Below are positions 9,385 to 19,097 of a DNA stretch of 50,011 bases, piece after piece. The stretch lies in contig DXJL01000177.1 of assembly GCA_019057635.1 (NCBI GenBank), positions 1 through 50,011 on the forward strand, read 5' to 3'. Origin of the DNA: Candidatus Heimdallarchaeota archaeon (GTDB lineage: Archaea > Asgardarchaeota > Heimdallarchaeia > Hodarchaeales > Hodarchaeaceae). Position 1 is the first letter of the stretch, and the number at the start of each line of letters is the position of its first letter. The position numbers and the translations under genes were made by a program. The notes beneath the pieces are model-generated. The model did no database searches, was not told where the DNA came from, and saw only the letters and a program-made list of their open reading frames with translations.

Positions 9385-11604
9385 TTACCCAAGAAGCATT
9401 CTATAAACTTCGTGGGGATCGTGTTCTCCAGGTGCTCTGATTTTAAACCGAATTTCAACTTTCTGATCTGGTTGAACTTCTTCAAAAATCCATTTCATAG
9501 CTTGTCCATTATTCACCGAAGAATGTTCTTCAAAACCAACTTCGGGATCCTCATGAGTCTCCCCTGCTAACTCAAACCCTTGAGGTAGGAAATCTGTGAT
9601 TTCGACATTTTTAATGACGGCAGTTCCATCGTTAACACCTCGAAGGACTACTTCGTATTCATTAGCTTCTTCTGCGGAGGTTGAAGATACCATTTTACCA
9701 ATTTTTAGCTTTCTTCGTTGATGTACGACAGTAATAGGGCCAGCTTCAGCTTCTGCAGAAATGGGTTTTACTTCTGGATACATATTCCCTAACGCTGTAA
9801 CCGTTCCTGTGAACTCTTCTTCGGGTTTGGCTTTGGCGTAGATTGGATACTTTACAAGAATTTCTTCATCTTGCGCAAGAGGACCGAACTCTGTCTCTTC
9901 CAAGTGTTCCATCGTAATTACAACGCTACCATCAGAGACATCAAAATCAAAGTCTTCAAGCTGCTCACCTTCTTTCAAAACTTCTATTTGATCTCGTTCA
10001 GGGCCTTCAAAACCTTCAGGAAGAGCTTCTTGCAGCTGTAGATACATAATCTCTGTACTGCCGATTGATTTTACGACTTGTTCAGATATAACCTCTGTTC
10101 TTCTGAATGATGGTATTTCGAGAGGATCATATGTCTTTGTCACTTCAATACCCATGAATGGTAACGCATATCCAGGTAATACACATTCAGCAACAACTTC
10201 AGCATCGAAGATATATTTGACACTTAAATCAAGTTCTCTCCCAAACTGGGGAATCACATTGTCATCTTCGACCGTTATAGTCCAAGGATCAAGAGAGAAA
10301 GTCTCACCAGGATCAATAGATCGTTCTTCTTCAGGAAATTCTTTTCCAAGCCACTCGACACGAACATTTCCTTCATCAAGAGGCCCTTCATAGATTTTAA
10401 CTTCTTTCAGATCCATTTCGAATTCAGAAGTGTTCTCTAGCTCAAACAAACAATCAAAATCACCAGGATTTTCTTCTTGTTCCTCACGTGAGATGAATTG
10501 AAAAACAGATGAACTGCCTGTGACAGTATCCAGGTCCAAACCAGATAGACTTTTTTCTACAACTTTGTAGGTGGTTTTTGTATCTCCAATAAGGTATGGA
10601 TCATTTCCTTCTTCAGGTAACGTAACCTTCATCACACAGCTTGCTTCTACCGTGTCACCAGCCTCAATTTCTTCAATTTCCCAGAGAATATGACTTCCAT
10701 CGTCATCTGAGTTTTGATTTAATTTTCCTACACTAGCATCAAAGTCCCCTACATTGGTTGCATCATCCAAAATGTACTTTTTAACAACCACATCACTTAA
10801 AGGATGATCAAATTCGTTTGTCAGTTGTAAGGTGAATTTCATACCAGATTCTTCACCCCTTGTGAATAGCGGAGGTGAATCCTCTTTTTCTAAATCCCAA
10901 AAATCTTCTTTAATTGTTAATTTAGGAGCTTCGACTTGGAACTCAAAAGGAACATACTTGGATGACTTTGGATCTAATTCTTTTAGAGCAAACGAGTTAC
11001 CAAATACTGCTGTACCCTGTTCTTCGTCTGCTTCAAAAGTGACCTCATCTACACCTTCTAAAACCGCGTCAACGGCCCAAATTCTATCTTTACTGCCTGT
11101 ATTGGCAATTTCAAGCTTTCCAGTACCAACAAGCCCGTCAATTTGTTCACCTTCTTCATCTACAAGATTATTATCTCTATCGATTCGATATTGAAGGGTT
11201 TCTTGAATTTTTACGTATAAGCCGGCCTGTCCTTTTTCTGATTCATCTAGAGCACGATAATCATCAGCAGCTCTTTCTTCATCTTCTTCTGAAAATTCAC
11301 CTTCACCTAAGGGTCTTCCAAATTGCTGAATCTTATTAGCTCCGTCTTTGGCTTTATTTCGAGCTCCACGATCTCTATCATCTTGTTGAATTCTCTGTAA
11401 TACGGAGACTGCTTCAGGATCGTTTAAAACTACAATTGAATCTATCGCGGTTTTACGTACGTCCTTGTCCTGATCTTTCAGAGCAAATTCAAATAATGCA
11501 TGCAAAGCACTCTTATTTCGCTGTCTTTCAAGAGTTTTTATTGCACTAATTTTTTCATCTTTGCTACTATTTCTATATTGGTCATATGACAATTTTGATA
11601 TCAC
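9385..11604 (-). CDS. Acidic protein with N-terminal HEAT repeats, a mu-homology-like region and Ig-like/DUF11-like beta-sandwich domains
   Basis: HEAT repeats at about aa 15-92 (DKDVRKTAIDSIVVLNDPEAV). C-terminal NDGTAVIKNVEITDFLPQGFE...KWIFEEVQPDQ is DUF11-like. No signal peptide or TM. True start probably TTG 11592 after AGGTGA. Confidence 0.7.
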   Translation of the reverse strand: MISKLSYDQYRNSSKDEKISAIKTLERQRNKSALHALFEFALKDQDKDVRKTAIDSIVVLNDPEAVSVLQRIQQDDRDRGARNKAKDGANKIQQFGRPLGEGEFSEEDEERAADDYRALDESEKGQAGLYVKIQETLQYRIDRDNNLVDEEGEQIDGLVGTGKLEIANTGSKDRIWAVDAVLEGVDEVTFEADEEQGTAVFGNSFALKELDPKSSKYVPFEFQVEAPKLTIKEDFWDLEKEDSPPLFTRGEESGMKFTLQLTNEFDHPLSDVVVKKYILDDATNVGDFDASVGKLNQNSDDDGSHILWEIEEIEAGDTVEASCVMKVTLPEEGNDPYLIGDTKTTYKVVEKSLSGLDLDTVTGSSSVFQFISREEQEENPGDFDCLFELENTSEFEMDLKEVKIYEGPLDEGNVRVEWLGKEFPEEERSIDPGETFSLDPWTITVEDDNVIPQFGRELDLSVKYIFDAEVVAECVLPGYALPFMGIEVTKTYDPLEIPSFRRTEVISEQVVKSIGSTEIMYLQLQEALPEGFEGPERDQIEVLKEGEQLEDFDFDVSDGSVVITMEHLEETEFGPLAQDEEILVKYPIYAKAKPEEEFTGTVTALGNMYPEVKPISAEAEAGPITVVHQRRKLKIGKMVSSTSAEEANEYEVVLRGVNDGTAVIKNVEITDFLPQGFELAGETHEDPEVGFEEHSSVNNGQAMKWIFEEVQPDQKVEIRFKIRAPGEHDPHEVYRMLLG

Positions 11605-11871
11605 CTTTTCATTTTTTTATTATTGTAAGTCGTACAGATTGTCCACTCAGTTTACCAGATGTGAACAAACAATGATTGTATAATCTTTAATCAAGCGCTC
11701 TAACAATTAGTTTTTAGTAAAAAAATTTGTCGTTCATTCTTACCCTCGCACGATTATTGTAATTAATTACTTATGATGTTTAGGTGAATCACTTGAGGAC
11801 GATGTCTTATTTTATAATTTCACACCGACAAAAATAACAGCACGTCCGAATATTGTTATTGCTGATTTCTA

Positions 11872-13260
11872 TCAGTTTTTAGAAGATAATTTTTCTATGA
11901 ACGCTGTGAAACGCGACTCTGACATTCTTAAAACCTTTCTTAGACGTTCAGACTTTTCAAAAACTATAAGATCATGTAAAGTAAATATTTTTAGTGTATG
12001 CAATTTCTCTACAGTCTTCGGGCCTATGCCTGGGAGTGATAGCAGTTCGTCGGGAGTTTCACTTTTATCGTCAACTTCTGAATCATCAGTTAATGGTAAT
12101 TGTGCATAGTGTGAGGCATTTTGTTTCCATTTTTGATAGGTTTTCTTGGTTGCAAACCCACCAAGATCTTCAACTGACGAATTAAGTAGGTCTTGTACGG
12201 TTAGAATCCCCACTGATCGTAGCTTTCCTGCAGTTACCTTACCAATACCTTTGAGTACAGTCACTGGTTGATCCAATGGTTTTACTGGTTCTGGTTTTCG
12301 AACACTTTCAGGTTCAATTATCCGACCTATAGAGGCTAACATTTTACTTAGCTCAGTTGTTGACACTCGAAGTGTGTCTTTGAGAAGTGTGATATCCTGG
12401 AAATCTAACAAATTGGTCTTTGATTTCACACCAATTCGCTTTAGTTGTTTGATATGTGAGGTAGTGATTCCTTTAACCATTCTTAAATCATCAGGGACAA
12501 ATTCCAGCTCTGTCTCTACCTCAATCCTGCTGATTTCGTCAGCTTTTTCACTAAGGAGAAGTTCTGCATCCTGTAACATCTTCTCAAGTCTCTTATCGTT
12601 AATTCTCATAATTTCTGCTAAATTGATGCGGTCTCTGTAATTCCATAAATCCGAGACTGTAATAACTTTTATTTGGGCTAGTCGATCAGCATATGTCTTT
12701 CCAATACCACGTACTTCTGTAACAGGAATTTCAGCCTTAAAATCGCTAGTTGGTGTGTGAATTTCAACCTTTTCTTCCTTTAATGCGACAACAGAAACAA
12801 CGGGATCACTAATACCAATAACTTCTTCTTCTACTATCGGAAGAATTTCTGGAAGTTGATATATTATGTCTCCACCGAGTAAAGGATATTCTACCCTTTC
12901 TGTTTTTTCTACAAAAAAAATTTGGCTAAATGATATACTCTTTTGGCCTTCTTCTCCAAGTGATCGTACTTCTTTCACACTGTTCATACCGTCTACCTTA
13001 ACTTGCCAAATCCCTAGATGATCATCCCGTATAGATACTGGGATTGGCCAGTTGTCAACCACTATATCAGTTAAACCTATTCCATATCGATTCATACGAG
13101 AATTTTTCTTGTGATCTAGAATTTGTAGACGATATCGCCCTGGTATCTGCTCACTTTCAAACGCAACGTGAATATTAATTTTTTCACCAGGTTTAAAAGC
13201 GAAGACACTTAGAATTGGATCATTGGCTAAGTAGATACAAATTGTAGGCATTTCATACAC
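11872..13260 (-). CDS. Helix-hairpin-helix repeat protein (DUF4332/HHH_5-like) with N-terminal MG2-like Ig domain
   Basis: Four HhH units: VRGIGKTYADRL, VKGITTSHIKQL, LKGIGKVTAGKL, LPGIGPKTVEKL. ATG 13251 is a likely start. Confidence 0.8.
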   Translation of the reverse strand: MYEMPTICIYLANDPILSVFAFKPGEKINIHVAFESEQIPGRYRLQILDHKKNSRMNRYGIGLTDIVVDNWPIPVSIRDDHLGIWQVKVDGMNSVKEVRSLGEEGQKSISFSQIFFVEKTERVEYPLLGGDIIYQLPEILPIVEEEVIGISDPVVSVVALKEEKVEIHTPTSDFKAEIPVTEVRGIGKTYADRLAQIKVITVSDLWNYRDRINLAEIMRINDKRLEKMLQDAELLLSEKADEISRIEVETELEFVPDDLRMVKGITTSHIKQLKRIGVKSKTNLLDFQDITLLKDTLRVSTTELSKMLASIGRIIEPESVRKPEPVKPLDQPVTVLKGIGKVTAGKLRSVGILTVQDLLNSSVEDLGGFATKKTYQKWKQNASHYAQLPLTDDSEVDDKSETPDELLSLPGIGPKTVEKLHTLKIFTLHDLIVFEKSERLRKVLRMSESRFTAFIEKLSSKN

Positions 13261-13314
13261 GATTTTTAGTGCTATACACTTAAAGATATCGACAGACAGA
13301 GGAAGTAGTTCGAA

Positions 13315-13641
13315 TTATTCTCCTGAAAAGAACGTCGCAGGATTCTTTACTTCGAAGAATAATTGGAAATTTTCACTGTCTGATTCAATATAGATCTGCC
13401 AAAACCCTAAATGCCTATCTCTCAGTAATTTAGGAATTGGCCATTGAAATTCAATACCTTTATCAGAACCTTTCCCATATCTGTTAAGTCTAGTATTTTC
13501 TTTCCGATCAAGGATTTGTAAGTGGTATTTATCAGGTATATGTGAGAACTTCGCGGCAAATGAAAACGTTTGACCAGGAAAATATGTATAAAGTGACGTT
13601 CGATCTGAATTGGTTATCGATTTTAGAGAAAATTCCTTCAT
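13315..13641 (-). CDS. Small beta-sandwich protein, paralogue of the N-terminal domain of the adjacent HhH protein
   Basis: Shares PG..., Y.LQILD.K.N.R.NRYG.G and WPIP...RD.HLG.WQ with 11872..13260. Confidence 0.8.
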   Translation of the reverse strand: MKEFSLKSITNSDRTSLYTYFPGQTFSFAAKFSHIPDKYHLQILDRKENTRLNRYGKGSDKGIEFQWPIPKLLRDRHLGFWQIYIESDSENFQLFFEVKNPATFFSGE

Positions 13642-13695
13642 TTGAAATAGTAATAATTACTATTCCGATAAGTAATCACAATATTGACATAACAT

Positions 13696-15012
13696 TTACA
13701 GATTATCCTTTTTTCTCCTCTTGTTTCTGACTTTCATGAGAAGTCCACTGAAAATTATCACCCCAATAACAAGCATAATTGTGGCTGCAAAAAACGCATA
13801 TCTATAGGCTAATACCTCTGGGACTCCCGATAAAATTTGAGTGTCGATAATCGGACCAGTTAACAATGTTCCAGCTAACCCCCAACTTAGGAAAAAAGTT
13901 GTATTAAATATACTAAATCCTTTCGCACGTCGTTCAGGTGGTATCAATTCGGAAACAAAAGCGTACGAAGAGGCCGTCACAATTACATCTCCTACTCCTC
14001 TTAATGCACTAGCTACATAAATTAAAGGAAGAAAAGTAGCGAATGTAATAAGTGCCAATGCAGCTATTGCCATTCCTGCACCTACTAAAGTTGAGAGACC
14101 ATCACCGATTTTGGAACCCAGTTTTCCTACTAGCAACCCAACAATTATGATTCCCACTGATTGGAAATTTAAGAGAATACTTAATTCTCCATAATCCAAA
14201 TTGAAACCAGAGTCTAAAACCATATATGGAGAAAATATTACTGCTAATGAGTTCCGCCCAAAATTAATGAATACCATGGCAATTAAAAATATGATGAAAA
14301 CTCCTCTCGTTTGTTTATGTGGTGTTCTCTTAAATTTTGATATTGAAGACGAAGCAGTAGTTTCATCCTGCTTTTTTTCGCTTACTCCACCCTCTGGAAT
14401 AAACAACATCGGAATCGTGGAAATAAACATTACTAAAGCAGCAATAAAAAATAAAGGCCCTTCATAAAAACCCCACCCTGGATATAACTGTGTCAGACCA
14501 TCGTAAAGGGCTCCTCCTATTAAAATTCCGATAATCCTACCGACACCACCAACACTCGATAGTTGTCCCTGAATTTCTTGCCTTGTTTCATATTCGTATA
14601 AGTCTGAGATTAGAGCACTCCATCCTGTATTAGACATACTCCAAAAAAATTCAACACCACTTAACCCTAGGATGATGATCCAACCAGCTAGAAGAGGATT
14701 TGATACCATCCGATGAGCAAAGAACACAAGCAGAGTACTGAAACCAGCTGAAATTTCACCAATCACAACTAACGTTCTTCGTAATTGATACTTGTCTGAT
14801 ATTATCCCCCAAAGAAACAATTGACATGCTGAATTGACAATCATTGGTAAAGATGCAAAGAGTGTGGTCTCGGTAACACTTAAACCAAGAAATTCTCGTA
14901 AATATATTGAAAGATATGTATAAAACAACCCTCTCCTAAACATTGCAAGGATTTGGAACGAGGATAAACCGAAAAAAATTGTTGGTTTGCTATAATCCTT
15001 TTTTCGAAACAT
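13696..15012 (-). CDS. MFS transporter
   Basis: About 12 TM helices, motif A-like WGIISDKYQLRR, and SELIPPERRAKGF. Confidence 0.9.
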   Translation of the reverse strand: MFRKKDYSKPTIFFGLSSFQILAMFRRGLFYTYLSIYLREFLGLSVTETTLFASLPMIVNSACQLFLWGIISDKYQLRRTLVVIGEISAGFSTLLVFFAHRMVSNPLLAGWIIILGLSGVEFFWSMSNTGWSALISDLYEYETRQEIQGQLSSVGGVGRIIGILIGGALYDGLTQLYPGWGFYEGPLFFIAALVMFISTIPMLFIPEGGVSEKKQDETTASSSISKFKRTPHKQTRGVFIIFLIAMVFINFGRNSLAVIFSPYMVLDSGFNLDYGELSILLNFQSVGIIIVGLLVGKLGSKIGDGLSTLVGAGMAIAALALITFATFLPLIYVASALRGVGDVIVTASSYAFVSELIPPERRAKGFSIFNTTFFLSWGLAGTLLTGPIIDTQILSGVPEVLAYRYAFFAATIMLVIGVIIFSGLLMKVRNKRRKKDNL

Positions 15013-15262
15013 TGTTTTTCCTCATTAATGCAATCTATACGATCACAATATCAATCAATCATAATCCATTATTTTCTTCAAAAGATATTTGAAGATCAAT
15101 CCTAGATAAGCCTTTAAGGCACCTAACAAGTCTTTCATCATGATGGATTTACCAATTAATTGTATTGAAAAGGAATTGGCTGTTAAAATAAATATTTACC
15201 CCTTCGATAACTAAGTTGGCATTTAGGAGCAATATAACAGAAATACTCTCAAAGAATATATA

Positions 15263-15676
15263 TTGAGGAAAAATGAATTGAGTCCTGGTCAAGGCAAGAG
15301 AAAAAAGCCACCGAAAAGAGGCAAAGGTAGAGGATTTGTTCCAGCTTCGGGTTATTCAAGGAGAACACGCTATCCTAATGAAGCAGAAGTTATCGGAGTT
15401 GTTATTCGGAATCTTGGGGCGCGTAGAATGGATGTCTTATGTGCCGATCAAGTTAAAAGAGTTGCACGAATTCCTGGTCGTTTCAGAAGAGGATATAGGA
15501 TTACGGTAAACGATGTCGTATTAGTTGAACCATGGAGTGATCTTGCTGGTGATAGAGGTGATATCACTTATCGTTATCGAAAAAACGAGATCCGCCCCCT
15601 TTCTAGACGATACAAAAAGGAATTAGATCAATTAGAAGTTGAAATTCCACGAGTGATGGATGAAGAACAGAGATAG
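15263..15676 (+). CDS. eif1A: Translation initiation factor aIF-1A (eIF1A)
   Basis: EVIGVVIRNLGARRMDVLCAD...RVARIPGR...DVVLVEPW....RGDITYRY OB-fold signature. Start possibly TTG 15278. Confidence 0.93.
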   Translation: MRKNELSPGQGKRKKPPKRGKGRGFVPASGYSRRTRYPNEAEVIGVVIRNLGARRMDVLCADQVKRVARIPGRFRRGYRITVNDVVLVEPWSDLAGDRGDITYRYRKNEIRPLSRRYKKELDQLEVEIPRVMDEEQR

Positions 15677-15745
15677 AATATAGAGACCTTGTGTCTCGTT
15701 CCATTTTTAATTTACTTTTGTACTTTTTTAGGAGTAGTATCTGTT

Positions 15746-16501
15746 ATGACTTTTATCATTGCCCATCGGGGTTTTCGTAAAACCTCTGAGCCTGATAATA
15801 GTATTCAAGCATTTCAAACTGCAATTGAGGCAAATGCAGATGGATTTGAATTTGATGTGCAGCTCTCTTCTGATGGTCATTTGGTTTGTTTTCATGATGC
15901 AACCCTCGCAAAATTAGGCCGATCTGAGCGAATAGATGATTTGAAGCTTGGAGACTTAACTGAAATTGAGTTATCCGAAGGAATAACCATCCCTTCGATT
16001 GAGGACATTCTGGAAAAATTTGGAAATAAAATTTTAATGAATATTGAACTAAAACCTCAAAAGAATGGAGTAAAAGAATTAGTTCGAGTAATTCAACAAT
16101 ATAATATTAACAATACCCCTGAGAACATCATTATATCATCCTTTCATGGTGAAGCGTTACATAAGATTAAAGAACTAAATCCAGAATTACCCACTGGTCT
16201 TTTAGTCGGATTTGCCCGAAACCAAATTCTACTGACTCAAAAATTTAATTGTGACGCGATCCATCCTTTTTACGATAAAATTCCAGGTGGAGGGACGAAA
16301 ATTCCATACTGGTTATCTACACGTCTCCATAAATATTATACACATAAATCTTTCAAAGAAGCAAGAAACAAGGGCATACTGGTCAATCCGTATACTGTAA
16401 ATACTGAGCAATATTTACTGAGTTGCTTTAAGAAAAAAGTTTATGGAGTAATAACTGATGAGGTGGATCGTGCTTTTCAAATAAGGCAAAATTTCTATTG
16501 A
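15746..16501 (+). CDS. Glycerophosphodiester phosphodiesterase (GDPD family)
   Basis: IIAHRG, EFDVQLSSDG...FHD, NIELK, ISSF, YTVN, GVITD. Start moved from 15689 to ATG 15746 after AGGAG. Confidence 0.93.
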   Translation: MTFIIAHRGFRKTSEPDNSIQAFQTAIEANADGFEFDVQLSSDGHLVCFHDATLAKLGRSERIDDLKLGDLTEIELSEGITIPSIEDILEKFGNKILMNIELKPQKNGVKELVRVIQQYNINNTPENIIISSFHGEALHKIKELNPELPTGLLVGFARNQILLTQKFNCDAIHPFYDKIPGGGTKIPYWLSTRLHKYYTHKSFKEARNKGILVNPYTVNTEQYLLSCFKKKVYGVITDEVDRAFQIRQNFY

Positions 16502-17010
16502 TCACGACCAAAAGTCCACCAGCTGATACCAGTATTTCTATAAAGGAATTTACCCTCAATAATCTCATCAGTTTCCAAAATTTTTGGGGTGAATATCCGA
16601 TCTCCTCCCCACATATTCTCATACGGAACTTTGTCCTTTACGAACCAATGCAATTCTCCTTCGGAATTAACGAAATTCCTTTTCTCTTCAACCGTTGCGG
16701 TATATAAGAATACTAACCAGTTGAAGGCGGGTAAATCCTCTGATTCTTTCTTTCTGTTTATTTCATCAAAATAAATATATCCCCGAAAAGATATATCGGA
16801 GGGTTCAAATTCATATCCTGCTTCTTCTTTGATCTCACGAATGATGCATTCGAGAGGAGTTTCCCCAGGTTCAAGTCTCCCACCTACTCCAATAAATTTC
16901 CCCTCATGAAAATCATTTTCCTTCTTATTACGATAAAGTAACAAGACTTCGTTTTCATGGACAAGATAAGCCAGAGTTGCTAGTTTATGCATGGGCACAC
17001 TAATTTTCAT
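16495..17010 (-). CDS. Nudix hydrolase, 8-oxo-dGTP diphosphatase (MutT/MutX/NUDT1-like)
   Basis: Nudix box GGRLEPGETPLECIIREIKEEAG; SEGELHW...MWGGD. Confidence 0.9.
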   Translation of the reverse strand: MKISVPMHKLATLAYLVHENEVLLLYRNKKENDFHEGKFIGVGGRLEPGETPLECIIREIKEEAGYEFEPSDISFRGYIYFDEINRKKESEDLPAFNWLVFLYTATVEEKRNFVNSEGELHWFVKDKVPYENMWGGDRIFTPKILETDEIIEGKFLYRNTGISWWTFGRDQ

Positions 17011-17171
17011 CCGTATTCTTTTAATTGAGAGACCTACTTATTAATTTCACCAAACATCAAATACTTTCATATTATTTGCTAAATTCTTACATTTTTTTTG
17101 TGATATTTAACGCTGAGGTGTAAATTTCAATTTTGAAACATTAGAAAAAGAGAAAGAGGAGAAAATTATGG

Positions 17172-18317
17172 TTATTTTTCTCGTCCAAATTTCGCAAATA
17201 CAGTGATTCCAGCTAGAATAATGACAACACAAAATCCGATCATTATTACTAAATCTAACAATACTTTTTCACTAGTAATTGCTGCTCCTCTAAGAAAAAT
17301 AGATGTTAACGCATCTGTAACGTAATAAGCTGGAACTAGCTGACCAACTGCATCAGGAACAGGAACAAATGTGCCTAAAAACATTTGAGGTAGAATAAAC
17401 ATGAAGCTTATTCCAGTTGCTGCTCCTGGAGTTTTAGCGATAGAAGCCGTAATTAACCCAAATCCTATATTGCAGAGGGCCAGTAGTAGAACGATTACAA
17501 AAGCGAAGATATATCCAGATAAGTCAGTTAAAGGATTGAATCCCATCAAATTCGCCATAATAAAGATAATCGCTACCTGAAGAACAGCTGTTATCATATT
17601 TGCAGTTACGCTACTGAGAATTACATCTGTTGGTGAAGTAGGAGTTACCTGTATTCGTCGTAATAGTCCTTCAGTTCGTTCTTCTACAAATCCTTCTGCA
17701 ACTATCATTGTTAAGAAAATTGCAGCAAAAGCAAACATCCCAGGTGCCATTAAATCAAATTGGGTAAAATGATCGGCTTCAATTCCCTCAGGAGTTCCAA
17801 TCTGAACTGGTTGGGCCACAATCATAGATTGCTTCCCATATAGAGTCTCAGCCAATATTTGTTGAACAAGAGGTGGTATAGCAGCTGATACGATCATAGA
17901 ACCCTGATCGACAGTGAGTTCAACTGTTGAATTAACCCATGTACTTGCATTTGTAGGATTTAAGTTATAAGAATTGAAGCTATTGCTAAAATTCTCTGGA
18001 ATAACAAGGAATGCATCAATTATCCCTTGTGAGAGATCGTCTTCTGCTTCTACACTAGTGTCATAAGATTTCGTCTCAAGTACTTCACTTTCAGTTAGAT
18101 TACCAATGAAATATTCAGCCCAAATTGTCTCATCCAAATCGACAATTCCTATAGTATATGCTACTTCCCCACCTGCTCCTCCTAAAGATCCGAATGCGAA
18201 CCCAAAAGCACCTGTGAGTATTAATGGGAATATTAATGCTAAGAAGAGCGTAGCAGGAACTCGAACTAATTTTTTCAGATCCTTTTTCATTAATGAGTAA
18301 ATACGTTGCAAATTCAT
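17172..18317 (-). CDS. ABC-2 type exporter permease
   Basis: IGIVDLD extracellular domain, APGM, EERTEGLLRRIQVTP, six TM helices. Confidence 0.92.
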   Translation of the reverse strand: MNLQRIYSLMKKDLKKLVRVPATLFLALIFPLILTGAFGFAFGSLGGAGGEVAYTIGIVDLDETIWAEYFIGNLTESEVLETKSYDTSVEAEDDLSQGIIDAFLVIPENFSNSFNSYNLNPTNASTWVNSTVELTVDQGSMIVSAAIPPLVQQILAETLYGKQSMIVAQPVQIGTPEGIEADHFTQFDLMAPGMFAFAAIFLTMIVAEGFVEERTEGLLRRIQVTPTSPTDVILSSVTANMITAVLQVAIIFIMANLMGFNPLTDLSGYIFAFVIVLLLALCNIGFGLITASIAKTPGAATGISFMFILPQMFLGTFVPVPDAVGQLVPAYYVTDALTSIFLRGAAITSEKVLLDLVIMIGFCVVIILAGITVFAKFGREK

Positions 18318-18329
18318 TTTCTTCCACCT

Positions 18330-19097
18330 TTATTCACGGATTTTTCTCCCCGTAATTTTGATAAAAACGTCTTCTAAGTCTTTAGCATCATATTCAGCCA
18401 TAAGAGCTTTAGGAGTATTTAATGCTATCAATTTTCCACGGTCTATAATTCCTACACGATCACAAAGCATTTCTGCCTCTTCAATGTAATGTGTAGTAAG
18501 AACTACTGTTTTTCCTTGCGTTTTGAGATCCCTTATGAAGTCCCATGTCGCACGACGAGATTGGACATCCATTGCCACAGTTGGTTCGTCAAGAAAGGCG
18601 ATATCGGGATCATTTATCAAAGCCATCACTAATGAAATTCGTCTTACCATTCCCCCACTATATTTTCCCGCTTTTCTTGTTGCTCCCTCAACTAAACCGA
18701 CTTTTGCAAGAAGCTCTTCCGCTCTTTCTTTAATTTTTGTTTTCGACATCCCGTGCAAATTACCAAACAATTCCACATTTTCCCGCCCAGTTAAATATGG
18801 ATAAAATGCTGGTTCTTGAGGGCAAACACCAATCATTTCTTTGATTTTACCGATTGACTTTTTAAGATCATAACCTCCAACTTTGGCTTCACCACTAGTT
18901 GGTTTCAGTAATCCAGTTAGGATCTTAATTGTAGTCGTTTTTCCCGCTCCATTTGGTCCTAATAGTCCAAATAATTCCCCAGCTTCGACTTCGAAACTCA
19001 AATCGTCCACAGCAGTTATATCGTCGAACTTTTTGACAATATTTTGGAGTTTTATACCATTTTCTTTCATCAATTTCACCTTAGAAATTCTTTTCAT
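18330..19097 (-). CDS. ABC exporter ATP-binding protein (DrrA-like)
   Basis: GPNGAGKTT, YSGGM, FLDEPT, TTHY. Start may be 19070-19073 after AGGTGA. Confidence 0.95.
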   Translation of the reverse strand: MKRISKVKLMKENGIKLQNIVKKFDDITAVDDLSFEVEAGELFGLLGPNGAGKTTTIKILTGLLKPTSGEAKVGGYDLKKSIGKIKEMIGVCPQEPAFYPYLTGRENVELFGNLHGMSKTKIKERAEELLAKVGLVEGATRKAGKYSGGMVRRISLVMALINDPDIAFLDEPTVAMDVQSRRATWDFIRDLKTQGKTVVLTTHYIEEAEMLCDRVGIIDRGKLIALNTPKALMAEYDAKDLEDVFIKITGRKIRE

